Source: Lytechinus pictus
Lineage: Eukaryota
Length of the DNA stretch: 64,000 nt
Direction of reading: 5' to 3'
Assembly (NCBI RefSeq): GCF_037042905.1
Contig: NC_087245.1
Location: forward strand, 36,024,001 to 36,088,000
Each line of letters begins with the position of its first letter. The stretch's first letter is position 1. The notes under the pieces were generated by a model. The model saw only the letters and a list, made by a program, of their open reading frames with translations, was not told where the DNA came from and did not search any database. The translations under genes and the position numbers were made by a program. Below, one piece after another: positions 29,646-42,372 of the stretch.

Positions 29646-31056
29646 TGTTTGGGATTCAACCTTCTTCGCCTATGCTATCCCCTATTGTTATGCACAATTT
29701 AGGCCTGGGACTGAATAAACCATTGTTAGGCTGCAGTGCAACTCTTCCTGGCTTAACAGGTGGAACATTTTTGCATTGGGTGGGTTGCCTTACCAAGCAC
29801 TTATAGGCTTCACTATCTGCTCAGAAGTTAAACAGGGAGGACCTATGGGTCAATTATTGGTTCAGAAATGCTGTTGGAAAATTGAAGTTTTTAGACTTGA
29901 ATTTAGGGCAGATAGTGCTGCATTTTCCATGTCAAAGCATCAAGAACATTACTGCTGACAATTGAGGCCTTCCTGATGATTTCCTGCCTTTAGTCACAGA
30001 CGTCAAACTGTAAGTGAAAATGATTTTGATTACTGTTCATATTGTATTTTGATTGTGTCATTGAGAAAGTCAAGGTCATACAAGGACCATTGAATTTTAT
30101 ATAAAAAAAGAGTATTATAAACTATCTCCAATTTAATTAATGTCATGTTAATTAATAATTAATATGAAAAAGTTGAGTTGTTCCAGGACCCAGATTTATT
30201 AAAATTTGAATCTCAGAAATTGGAAAGGATCTTTTAAAAGAAATGCTTTTTTGGAAGAAGTCACTTTCTTGTTATATGTGAAACATTTTGAGGACTGCTC
30301 ATGTTTATTAATTAATTGTGAAATTACAAATGAGTATTTTGAAGATTGGAATATATTATACCTTTGAATACAGGAATTACTCTAGGGAATTACATATATG
30401 AATATTGTGAAAATTTAAAGATATTATTCTTTAGATTATTTATAGTTTACCAGAATTAATCTAGGGAAGTATAATATGAATATTGTGAAGATTTAAAGAT
30501 ATTATTATTCCTTAGATTGTTTATAGTTGGGTTATGTTTGCTTTTAGATGGGTTCCAAGTCTGGTTCTGAGTCTGGTTCCAAGTCTGGTTCCAAGTCTGG
30601 TTCCAACTGCCGTTCCAATGGCCGTTCCAGTAGCCGTTCCGGTCCCATACCCGGCTCCGGCTTTACCATGGTTATGACTGTCAAATCCCGCCATGGACAA
30701 GACTTCTAAAGAGAGTCAGAGAGGGAAGACGGATTCGTCGTCGAATGATGTAACTAGTTAACGATTCGTCAGTATCAATGAACATTGAACTGGAGTGATT
30801 ATTTTACCTCATAAAGTGGGTTACTTTGTATGTTATTTCAAAGACTTCTATTTTTTATGTTATTTGTAGTCTGAAACAAAGCCATTGAATTATCGATCTA
30901 CAAGAACCTGAATACAGTTTTAATAAATTCTTTGTACTGTATTTTTATTGTTCATGTAATTATTTCATTTTATGTCCTCTTGAGTTGCTCGGGTGTGACA
31001 ATTAGTTACGAGAAATGATTGTATGTGCTCTTGCATGGGTTGACTTTGGTGTGACA
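29646..31056. mobile_element. Solo LTR (1411 bp), TGT...ACA termini, 5-bp TSD AAATC
   Basis: AAATC at 29641-29645 and 31057-31061. Removing the element and one TSD restores a degenerate 54-bp minisatellite unit. Internal AATAAA (30922), ~80-bp tandem duplication (30371-30528) and GGTTCCAAGTCT 12-mers (30551-30606). No coding capacity seen. Confidence 0.75.
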
Positions 31057-34000
31057 AAATCATATACCTTTTATATCAACGTTTGTTATGTTTACTACCC
31101 AAGCTCTAATAATGATAATTTGCTTTCTACAGCAATGTTTGATATTTTTACTACCCCACCCCAACAAGGGCCATTTGCCTTATTCCCAACACCTGGTTAA
31201 AATGCTGCCCCGCCACAGTTCGCGATCGACACCAACATTTGCTATCGATGCTACTGCACCCTAATTCTTAAGCAGTAAAAATGATATCCACCCCACCCTA
31301 ACCCATCCAACCACATCGTGTGCGTTATTTTATCATTTACACCAACATTTGGTATGAAAACCAGTGGACCGGAGGAGACATATACGCTCACGTGTGACGA
31401 CTGCTCGTTGAAGTTCAAGGTCATATAAAATGTACACAAAGCATCCAGACAAGAATGTATTAAACTTGACAACATGAACAGAAAGGGGAGGGGCTATTAC
31501 TGAGAGTGACGGGGGTAGACGCATGCTCGAGTATGACAAGAGAATCATCCGTCATCGCAGTGAGAATGAATAATGAATGGGATTGTTTAAAGTAAATAAT
31601 AAATTGTGATAACAATTCACCTCAAAAGGTATGAGTGTGTGTGTTGAAACATGTTCATCAATTTAGCTATCATCTAAGAGAAATAGGCTGTATATGCTCA
31701 CTCAACATAAACGTTGTAAGCGAGCTCTTGCCCGACATGGTTAAAGATAAGACAATGCTGACTTATCATGCTTGACAAATACTTGCTAAATGAATAAAAG
31801 TGCGGTGACATGCATTAAATGCATTTGATAGAGATGATTAACTTCAACATGATTTCTACTTTTCCAAACTTGCTTTATCAAAATATATTTTACTGTGGAG
31901 GGGGCAGAGAAATTACAAGTTTACCCATTAAATTATAACAAAATGAATAAGTTGCGTTAAAACAATGACAGGAAAATAAAATATCTAAAAGGGAGAAGGA
32001 GAGAGGAATCAAATCATTATTAAATTCTTCCAAAAAAGGAAAGCTGTGTTCGTTTAAATTTGGTTCATAGCATGATCTGTCAGGCGCCATAATCTAAACT
32101 ATTTATACATGTATGAACAAATGCAAAGACACCTGAAATGAAGTCAATTAAGTTGGTTTCATCGTTTATGAATGCCATTTTAAGAAATATTAACTTTTGA
32201 ATTTCTTGCTGAAAATGTGAGTTTTAGTGGTGGTTTGAAGTGTTCAGGAGATACCACGGACCCGTTTCATATTAGATCTCACAAATATGGCAATTTTGGA
32301 ATTATTTTAACTAAACAGGTCTCGGTAGACAATCCAAATCATTGTTTCCATTGTAGTTACTGTAATTTGAAAAAAATATACCATTATTGTGGGTCCTTAC
32401 ATGAATCGGGACACAATGTAACTCATCAAGAGATGAGTGAAATTAGTTTTATATTGATTGATTGATTGATTTTATTTTATTTCTGCATTCAAGATAAATA
32501 TGCAACATAACATCTACAAATGTGATACATTCAAGCTTTACAAAACAATTAAACAATAGTCATAATAAAGCAATGAAAAATAAATATCAACAAGAAGCAT
32601 TATTCAATTAAAATAAAATATCAGTTTAAACGAATGCAGGAGACCGCCACCGTGAGCGGTTAAGCTTGAAAATGATGGCGGCCTCGTAAAAATGGTACAT
32701 AAATGTCTTTCTTCATTGATCAAGTGGGTGCAATGCAGGTGCAGGTGAAGTAGAGGGCAGTTGAATAATTAACTTGAAGAGGGGGATGCATAATGATTCG
32801 ATGGTTTTTCTTTTAATAGTAGCTTTAAATTAGTATATTGTTGAACATAGCTTAATATTGTCTGGAAAGTATATGTCTCCCATGCCGCTCTGGTACATCT
32901 GATAGGCTTATGTGGATATTTTTTTTTATTCAGTGGCCGTCCGACCATTGAATTATGTCATTTTTCTTTTCGCTCATATTATCTGAAAGAAATATTAGAA
33001 GTTTTGTGATATAAAAAATGTTACGGGTAAAATGATATATCATTCTAGCATTCCAATGACCAATGAGAAGCCATTTATCAAACTATTCAATAAGTGGATA
33101 CACTCCCTCTATGTTACAAGGAATATCTTACACTCTTTTGTGATTAATGTGTTTCATTTTTTCTACACGATATCTTTATTTTTTACCTAACAGGACTATG
33201 ACAGAATTAATGATTGATAATGTAATAGTAACGGGTAGTTTTCAGGGGCCTGGGAACGATTTTTACAGGGGTGCTGAAGTAAATTTGGCAAGCAAAAAAA
33301 AAAAAGAGGAGATTCATTACAAAATGGAGGTTGTTTTGGTCCCAAGAAATTTGACAAGAAAAAAAAACATTCCGAGCAAATCAAATACGACCTTACCATT
33401 TCGCATTCTTTCATGGATATGATTCTGACAAGAATGTTCTTTCTCTCTATAAAATGAAAGACTATCTGTGTACACGAATGACGGGCGTTGAAGTGTATGT
33501 GCTAATGTTATGACATTGAGGGTAAGCGGATTGATCGAGCATATTTGCCAAGTTACCCTCAAGAAGCACACATTAAGGGGGTTGTCTGAGATTGTTATGT
33601 ACACTATCTGTCTGAAATTCACATCAATTCACCGTCTTTAAACCGGCAAGACAGCTTCCTCTTGAAAAACGTGAAAGATGTCAATAAAGCGACCAACATA
33701 AATAAGAAGCAACGAAGGTTAGGCACTCACTGTGAGTGGGGAAAATTTGAGGTATCATTTTTGATGATGAATCGGCCAATTTTTGCCCATGGTTTTTTTT
33801 TTGTGGTCTAGTGGTTTTTGGTCGGATTATAAGTCATGAGAAGGTTTGAGGTTCAAGTCCAGGGTTCTGTATCATAAAGACTTCTTATAATAACAAACAA
33901 ATTTACTATCAGCCAATCAGATTGAAGGATATCAGTAGCTTGTAATTGTTATTGTGAATTTAAAGTTTTGTGAAATGGACCTCACATGTGCCAAACTTTC

Positions 34001-34719
34001 CTTCTAAAAATGGTCGTCTTGGTCGAGGATGAATATACTAAAATCATTCAAGAAATGTAAGAGAGGTGTTGTTGGTCTGGTTGATACATCGTCGATTTGT
34101 AAATCCGATAGGTCTGAATTCAAGTTACGCCACAGGAAATAACAAAATTAATGACTTCTGCATGGCAAAACATTGGTCTATATTTATTTTGCCATTCTCG
34201 ACGAAGTAGTGGTTAGAATGGGTGTTTTGGACGGTGAACGAAATTTGAGAAAATTTGCGATTGAAAAAAACAACATATTTTTCAAAATTTCTCGAGAGGG
34301 AGAACTGCAAACCTGCCCCCCCCCCCCCCACTTCAGGTGCATGAAGCTCTGGTTACATGTTTTATATTGTTCATAATAGAGACAGTGTTTAATAATTTCC
34401 CAGGAAACCAAACTGTGCCCGAATTATGCTGGTTCTTTTGAGGCACCAAAACATATACGTGAAGGTTTGATATTACCATGCAGGCAAGAGAGAAATGCAT
34501 GCCCGTCTCTGACGAAAATGCAGTTTCAGTATTCAGGTGCAATGTACCCAAATCTCAATCTAACTGGTAACCCAACACGACAGCGTCTTTAAGAATGGCG
34601 GCTGCTCTCCTTCTAGACAAGACGCACATCGTGATGGAATCGGAGGAGTATTGCCTTACTTGCTTGAACTTATTACTCCACCCTTAAACTACTCACACAA
34701 AGCAAAACTCTTTCTCCAT

Positions 34720-35100
34720 CCCCTTTTCTTTTGCTTCATTTTTCTTTAGTTGTTCCTTTTCCTACTTCCCCCTTCGACTTTTCTCTTCTCTTCATTCTTT
34801 CTTTTTATTTCCTCTATTTTTTTTCTTTTTGTATTGTTCTCGGTTTGTGTTTTCATTTATACATTTGTGTTCTAATTATTTTACCCTTGTCTCCATTCCC
34901 CCCTCCCCCTTCTTTTCTTTTTTCCCTTTTCTTCGTCTTCTTCTTCTTCATCTTCTTCTTCTTCATCATCATCTTCTTCTTCTTCATATTCTTCTTCTTC
35001 CTCTTCTTCTTTTTCATCATCTTCTCCTTTTCCTCCTCCTCCTTCTTCTTCTTCTTCACATTATTCTTTTCCCTCTTCTTCTTTTTCTTCTTCTTCTTAT
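34720..35100. repeat. Pyrimidine-rich (CTT)n tract
   Basis: Read directly. Confidence 0.95.
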
Positions 35101-37753
35101 AATCCTTCCTGAATTTTCTCGCATTCGCAGAGTACTCCCGAAACCACCCGGATACGTGTATTCGGATGGATTCGCAGCTGATTCGGGTTCCGGTGTAACC
35201 CTAGCTTTTTCTTTCGGATGGGGATTTAATACACGAATCCTCTTCACGACATGGTGTTCTGTAGTAATTTTGGATAATGTACCTCATTTTGTATAGATAA
35301 CCCTGGTTATAAAGAGCAATATCAGAATATACTATAACTGAGAAATTGTATGCATATTTAAAAAAAGAATATCATTTTCATTTATGGAGTCTTGATTGTT
35401 TGGTATCACGTGATCATGATTTTTTTTAACAGACATGGTGGAACTTGAGACCGGTTATTGATATCGATTTGATCCGAGTATGATGCGAGGTAATCAAATT
35501 ATCGTCCTCCTCGGACCGTCCATGTTCCCTTGGAGCACATAAAACCCAAGAACATAATGCAAGTCGACAGCCATGTGTGACCCTTTTGATTAAGCCCATA
35601 CTGATCAAATTAGGTTGGTATTAATACCCCATGTCGACCGACAGAGGAGCCAGGCTCTTTCATTAACAATGCGTCTCTGTTCGGGCATGCGCAAGAACCC
35701 ATGTGACATTTCACCAAAACCCATCCTCCACAATCATGTGCTCATAATCAGCTTAAGGCCTTTTCACACTCGCAGCGACTCCCTGGCGTTTTTCATTCTC
35801 TGTATTTAAAGATAACGGCCTACCTTGCAGGACGGCAGATCTTTAGGCTCCATGGGAACGGGACCTTATACCTCCTTGGCGCGAAAGGAAATGGAAGACG
35901 CTTAAATTTTAAAGGTGGTTGCTGCTGTGATAGAGCGAAAATCAATTATCGCATGCCGTTATTTGGTAACATGAAGACTCTTCTCCATGCAAAATAAATA
36001 TGAAATAAGAGACTTGAAGGGGTAAACGCTACCTAACGTAGATCATCGTTCACATTAAAAAGAAAATACATTGAATGATTCAATAATGTATATTCAGATT
36101 TAAAGGAATCGGCGCCATTTTCTATCTGAATTTATGGTGGCTTTTGATGGAATATTTTCTTAACTGAATTGGAATATAATCGCTTTGCTTCAGATGCGTG
36201 GAATAATTGAGAACGCTGGATCTAAACCCACAAATAAAATGTTGATAGATATAGACATAGATAGGAGGTATTGATTAGAAAATACTGCTAAACACTAACG
36301 CAGCTGTGGTCCCCCTTTTCCTCTTTGTTAAAAAGGCTGTTTCGGCTTATTTATTATCTAAACTTCTTCTGACATCTTCATTCAGGCGTGTACCAAACGT
36401 CTACCAAACAAAATTTGTTTATATGACCTTCTCCTCTAAAAACATTTTTCAGAATTTCTTTCTTGGACTTTTATGCAACAAACTATTAAAAGAGGGTTGA
36501 GTCAATAAAGGTACGTGTTTGTTGAGTAGGATAAAACCAAGTACTCGATACTTATATAGAATGTTGTGTAAAGTTTATTAACGAAACACATTTTACATTA
36601 TGTGCCATAATGTTTATTAAAAAAATGTACATTGATTTCATACATTTTCTGTTTAACAAAATATTGAATAACTTTTAACTCGACCCTTAAAAATGGTGTA
36701 TGCACAGTTTGTTTCTGCTTATATTTGCTGATGAATTCCTCACCTTTTCTAAACCGTAAAATAAATATGTAACCAATAATACTCTCTTCATGAAAAAAAA
36801 AATCTCCATGCACTATTAACATAAATAATCTTTCACTCCTGGCTATTCCGAAGGCACTTTATTATGTATTAATATTCAATCAAAAACGTGTGCCAAAATG
36901 ACGCGGGGAGTGAAAGTGGGTTAAAATGCAGTCGTTCTACTTTAAAGGAATAATTTAGAGTTTATGATGAGTTGTGTCATGGTATTTTTATAGGCTTGGG
37001 GTAAGACTATACCTAAAAGATGACCTTCTATTTTTATCAGTTGAATAACAGGGGTAGTTTTTACCTTTTTTACTCTCTTAGTACTTAATTTGTAATGTTT
37101 ATCTTCCCTGTTGCGTTCGTTAATTCCTTTCTCCTTTTCCCCTTTTTTTCTCCCGTTCCCCTTTTTTACCGTGTTATTGGAAAAATCACAAGGAAAGGTG
37201 TTCCCTCTATTGTCACCCTTGAGGGTATGACAAAAGAATTGTTGTTTCTTTCATATTTCATCATAATATACTTTCCTCTTCAACCCAAGATCTAAGTAGA
37301 CCTTATAAGAATATTCTACTGGATATAATTAAAACGTTCTTTGGGGAATTCTTCCATCCAAATGAATAAATATACCCTTAACTACTGTCTATCGAATTTA
37401 ACCGTTGGATTCCATATAGATTTCGATGTTTTCGTTCCTGTATAAAAGCGTTGAATTATACTCTCTTAACGATCAGTTTTTACTGAATGTCTAAGATAAG
37501 AGATTAGTTTGCATTCGAGTGCCATTAGGGAATTCTTTGTTTTCCTTAGTAACAATCGATTATTACCGATGAATTATCAACCACTTAAGACACCCGATTG
37601 CCAAGTGCCATTTCCGAATATTCCTCGGGAAATTTGGCGCATGCGCGCAAACCATCTCAAATGAATATTATCTTTATCGACCTGCCTTGTTAAACAATTC
37701 AATACGAGAACAGGCAGTGTGTACAGGCTAATGGAGGAACCTTTTGTGATTAA

Positions 37754-38341
37754 AGGTCAAGTCTACCTCAGAAAATGTTGATTTAAGTCAATAGATAAAA
37801 ATCAGACATGCATGATGCTGAAAAGTTCATCAAAATCGGATGTAAAATAAGAAAGTTACGACATTTTAAAGTTTCGCTTATTTTTCACAAAATATTTAAT
37901 TGCACAATTTAGTCACATGCAAATGAGAGAATCGACGACGTCACTCGCTCACTATTTCTTTTGTTTTTTATTGTTTGAATTACACATTATTTCAATTTTT
38001 ACAGATTTGAAAATAAGGACCAACTTGACAGAAACATAAAATGTTAAACAATTGTAATTCCACATGTTCAGGGAGATATAAAACTGTGTATAACAGGACA
38101 ATGAGGAGAACATTAGGATATTTCATATTTCACATAATAAAATACAAAAGAAATAGTGAAAGAATGATGTCATCAGTTCCGTCATGTGCATACAGACCGG
38201 GATGTGCATATTATAAGTGTTGTGTGAAATTAAGCGAAACTTTAAAATTCTACATTTGATTTTGATGAATTTTCAGTGATATGCTTGTTGGATTTCTCTC
38301 TTTTTATTCAAGTCAACTTTTTGTTCGGGTGGACTTGTCCC
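37754..38341. mobile_element. Kolobok/T2-like MITE (TTAA|AGGTCAAGTCTACC...GGTGGACTTGTCCC|TTAA)
   Basis: TTAA on both sides; long imperfect inverted arms. Confidence 0.85.
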
Positions 38342-40837
38342 TTAAACACACATTGTAAATACCAGAGAGAAAAGTTTGTCGCTATCAAAATAAAGAAATA
38401 AAAATAAAGAAAGCTAAAGTGTTAAATTATTTTTATAATCACATTGATTTCGTTAATTTAGACAGTAAAATGTCAATTTATTTCACATCAATTCCAATTC
38501 ATTTATTTATTTACATTGTAAATATAATTTACTACATTATAAAATGTAAATATCAAATTGATTAAAACGATAATTGTAATGAGATCAAATTATACATACC
38601 ATATAGAAAATAGATTAATAATTATACTAGTAATCAAACCATCAGTGGAAAACGATGCATCCGTAAAAGCCAATGGTCCTTATTTTAAACTCTTGTTTGA
38701 TTTAAACCTTGGTATCATGGTTTAAGTCTTATTTGTATTAGTAGTAGTAGTATTACGTGCATTATTATTATCATTATTATCATCATCATCGTCATTATCA
38801 TCATCATCATCATCATTATTATTGCGAATACTGGGATCCTTCCCGTGGTTCAGTGGCAAAGAAATGTAATTATCATTTAAACATTTTTTTTTATTTGGAA
38901 ATTTTAAATGCTAAATGTGACAATTATTGATCATCAATTTCTGAATATGGATATAACGTTTGGCTTCCCATAATTAAACCACATCTGTAGACCAAGGTAT
39001 AGGTTAAACCAGAATACGGGCCAACGAGCCTTGATAGATTGGAGGCACCAAAGATGCACTCATGCATCATGATAATATACCGTGTAATATACAAATGTGA
39101 CTTGATTTGTGTAAGTGTGTTCATATCTAATGCTGATAACACATTTTTAAATGCTGTCCAATACCATCGTTAAAAAGAAACTATTAGGATGGAATGAAAT
39201 ATTCTCTCACTGCACTCGCAGTCTGAATTGTACTTCCAACGCCAACACCAGTAACAACACCCGGGGGGACAAGGGGGGCAGGGGCGACCAATCTAAATTA
39301 TTTTGCAAGCGAAATAAAAGGGAACCGGGAGAAGAAATAAAAGAAGAAGAAAGGAGCGAGAAACGGGGAAAGTAGGAGAGTAAAAAAAGAAGAGGTTTGG
39401 ATTGTGTAAGTTAGTTTAGAAAAATATGATGCCATCTTTAGATCGCCCCTATCAAAATAGAATGACGTCTCCCCTGGCAACACCAATCTGACCACGCCCC
39501 TTCCACTCATCCAATGGGCTCCTTTTTTAATGGCATTACGACCATGGCTTTATCCCCGTTATGTGAATTACAAAAGAGAGAGATGGGAGGGAGTAGAGAC
39601 TTGAAGTATGAAAATAAAGAATATAAGAAAGAGAGGGGGAGAGGGGGAGGGGGAGGTAGAGAGAACTCAGAGAAGGGCGGAGAGGGACATAATTACGTAG
39701 GGATGGGATGGTCATAGGAGGATTGAAATTAAAAATTAGAAAAAAGTGAAAAGGGAAGGGAAAAGATATAAATGTAAATGTCGGTAGTGTTTCATGAAAC
39801 AAACTAGTCCGTGTTTTTTTTTCACCGACGATTTTTTTTTCTTTTCGCCAATCAAAAATGCAAGGATTTCAAGAGCTAATAACAAATACGCTCCAGAAGA
39901 TGATAACGTTGAAAGATTACAAGTCTAACAAAAAAGGGGGTGGATGGCATGGATAGGGAATGAAGGAATGACGGTCGGTAAGAGAAGGGAGAAGAAGTCG
40001 GACTGGAGATTGTTTTGGAAGGAAAATTATCAAAATGCCAAAAGCAATTACATTGCTCGGTCGGAAAGAGGGCATAGAGATCCGTTTCCGGTTGCTCTAC
40101 ATGACATTTTGGTGACATTCTGATCAGAAGGGATACCGTCCGTGTTCAAAATGCGTTTTCTTAGGAGGGGAAAATGCAAAGAGAGAGAGAGAGAGCAAAA
40201 CAAGAATATGAAGGGAAGTTTGGGAGGTGTGTGAGCAGAGAGAAAGAGAGGGGTAAAGAGGATCAGTGGGGGAGTCATGACAAATGTATTGGAAAGGCGG
40301 AGCGGAGCGAATGAAAAAAGTTTCCTTGATTGTGATGAGCGAAGGATTCAAGGATCCAAAAGTTTCGTTCGAAATTTCGTTTCGACTCACCATTTATTGT
40401 TTGCCATGTTTACAGCTATTATTCCGATTCTTGATGAGGAGATGAACTTCGAACTTTTTAATGTATGTTTTTATTACTGTGAATTTTTTTTTATCCCATA
40501 TACCATTGTATACTGTAACAAAGTATGATAATACGAGCGTTCTGACTTCATCAAGCGCCCGGTGGCTATTTATTTCTTCCAAGAAATCCTCCTAATATTG
40601 ATTTAAGTATATTCAGAGGCAACTCGTGAACCCCCCCCCCCCCCCGCGACAACAAATTGTAAATTATTACTCACCTCTTACGAGAAGTGCCCCCCCCCCC
40701 TTCATTGAAATTATACTGCCCCTACATATTCTTGAGTGAGGATGGAAATTAGATCCCCTTTAAGAGTGACGATTGAAGACTAGAAAAAATATTCGTTGAT
40801 TGATTGATTGTGATCCATATCGTGCTGCACTTAACCT

Positions 40838-40975
40838 TGGGTTCCGTAACACAAAGGTTAATAGCGATTGATCGTACGCTTGATTTTCACGATTGATTGC
40901 ACATTGTAGTCTATAGAATTGATCGTAGAAAAATGTTCTACGATCACTTCTAAGTCTTGTGTTACGGGACCCAGG
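40838..40975. mobile_element. ~135-bp MITE (GGGTTCCGTAACACAAAG...CTTGTGTTACGGGACCC)
   Basis: Terminal inverted repeats; a split relative flanks 27803-28387. Confidence 0.75.
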
Positions 40976-41649
40976 TGATGCAATTGGGTATACCGAAAGA
41001 GTTAATTCCTGTATGCACCAAGCGCCATTTGCAGCTCGAGCTATGTTATATATCATGCGTCGCATAGTACGCCGTGGAATATAGGCAACGAGAAAATCAG
41101 CGCCTCGTAAATGATATCACTTTACATGGATATTAAATGTAAATTTGGTCCATTTTGCGTGTCAGACCCGCCTTTTCTTTGATTTCCAGTTTCTGTACAT
41201 GTGCACCCCTCCCCTTCATTTATGAAATCCAGGATCCATCAATGCGTGTTGCGGATTTAAACCATTCACTATAGGTAGAATTGGAAAGTTCAGATTTAGC
41301 TTTTAAGATGAAAATGCTATATAGCCTGTGGTAAACAAATACAAGGCTGGATGTATTCTCGATTTATTAATCAACAATTTATCCTGAAGCTATTTTCATG
41401 TACAACATTGCCAGAGTGGCATCGCTTTTTTTAAGGGTGAGTGGCCTCGCAACGATAAACTCTAGTTATGAAGGAAGGAAGAAAGGGAAAAAATCACATC
41501 ACTATTCAACATAGCCCGCAGAAAATTTTACCTAATTGTATGTGTTTTAAATTAGACATGTCAGAAGAGGCGAAATAAAGCAATTACTTTTATGTACGAG
41601 TGCATTAGTGAAAGGGAAATGGAAAGAGAGAGAGATGAAGCCATCGGGA

Positions 41650-41870
41650 AGATGATGGCATGGTTATGATAATGGCGACAATGATGAGGATGGTGATGAT
41701 GGTGATGATGATGATGATGATGACAATAATGATGATGATGAGTATTATGATGATGATGGTGATGATGATGGTGATAATGGATGATGATGATGGTGATGAT
41801 GATGATGTCGATGATGATGGTGATGATGATAATGATGATGATGATAATGATGATGACGATGATGGCGATT
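41650..41870. repeat. (GAT)n microsatellite
   Basis: Read directly. Confidence 0.95.
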
Positions 41871-42074
41871 TTGGTACTTATAACTGTATGATGTTGGAAG
41901 ACAGTACGATAAATTCTTTGACCAGGACAGCATGAAAATCTATAGTTCATGCTTGCATCACAAGTAAATTGGATTTTTGCAATAGTGTTCGCTACGGATT
42001 ACCCGATAAGCAAATTGCAGAGAGTGCAAAATACATGTGCACGTTTAATATATCGTCTTCCCAAATTCTCTCTA

Positions 42075-42372
42075 GTCACCCGATTATTGAGAGAATTACA
42101 CTGCTAACCTGTCCGGCAAAGAATTACATTTAATATCCTAATGATTGTCTTGAAAGGTCTTTATGTTCAGGCCCCAAGTTATATCTCAGATCTCTTGAAA
42201 TTAAAATCCCGGTCTCATGGCCATCGCCTTCGTAGCTCCCTCACAAGACTAAAGCAACAATAGGAGATAGGGTCATTTCTTATATTAGCCCCATGCACAA
42301 CTATGGAGCAAACTTCCCCTCGACATTAGGAATTCAACAACTTTACATAATTTCAAACTTAAATTATTCCAA
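42075..42372 (+). mobile_element. Decayed L2/CR1-group LINE ORF2 C-terminus
   Basis: Frameshifted translation reads approximately LLRELH(W)LPVRQRITFNILMIVLKGLYVQAPSYISDLL...GDR...LWSKLPLDIRNSTTLHNFKLKL, the conserved post-RT tail of L2/CR1-group LINEs. Confidence 0.75.

Noticed and set aside
35056..35258. Minus-strand ORF VVKRIRVLNPHPKEKARVTPEPESAANPSEYTYPGG as a coding exon
   Set aside because: Weak acceptor, no donor before it runs into the microsatellite, phase incompatible with neighbouring candidate exons, no recognisable motif.
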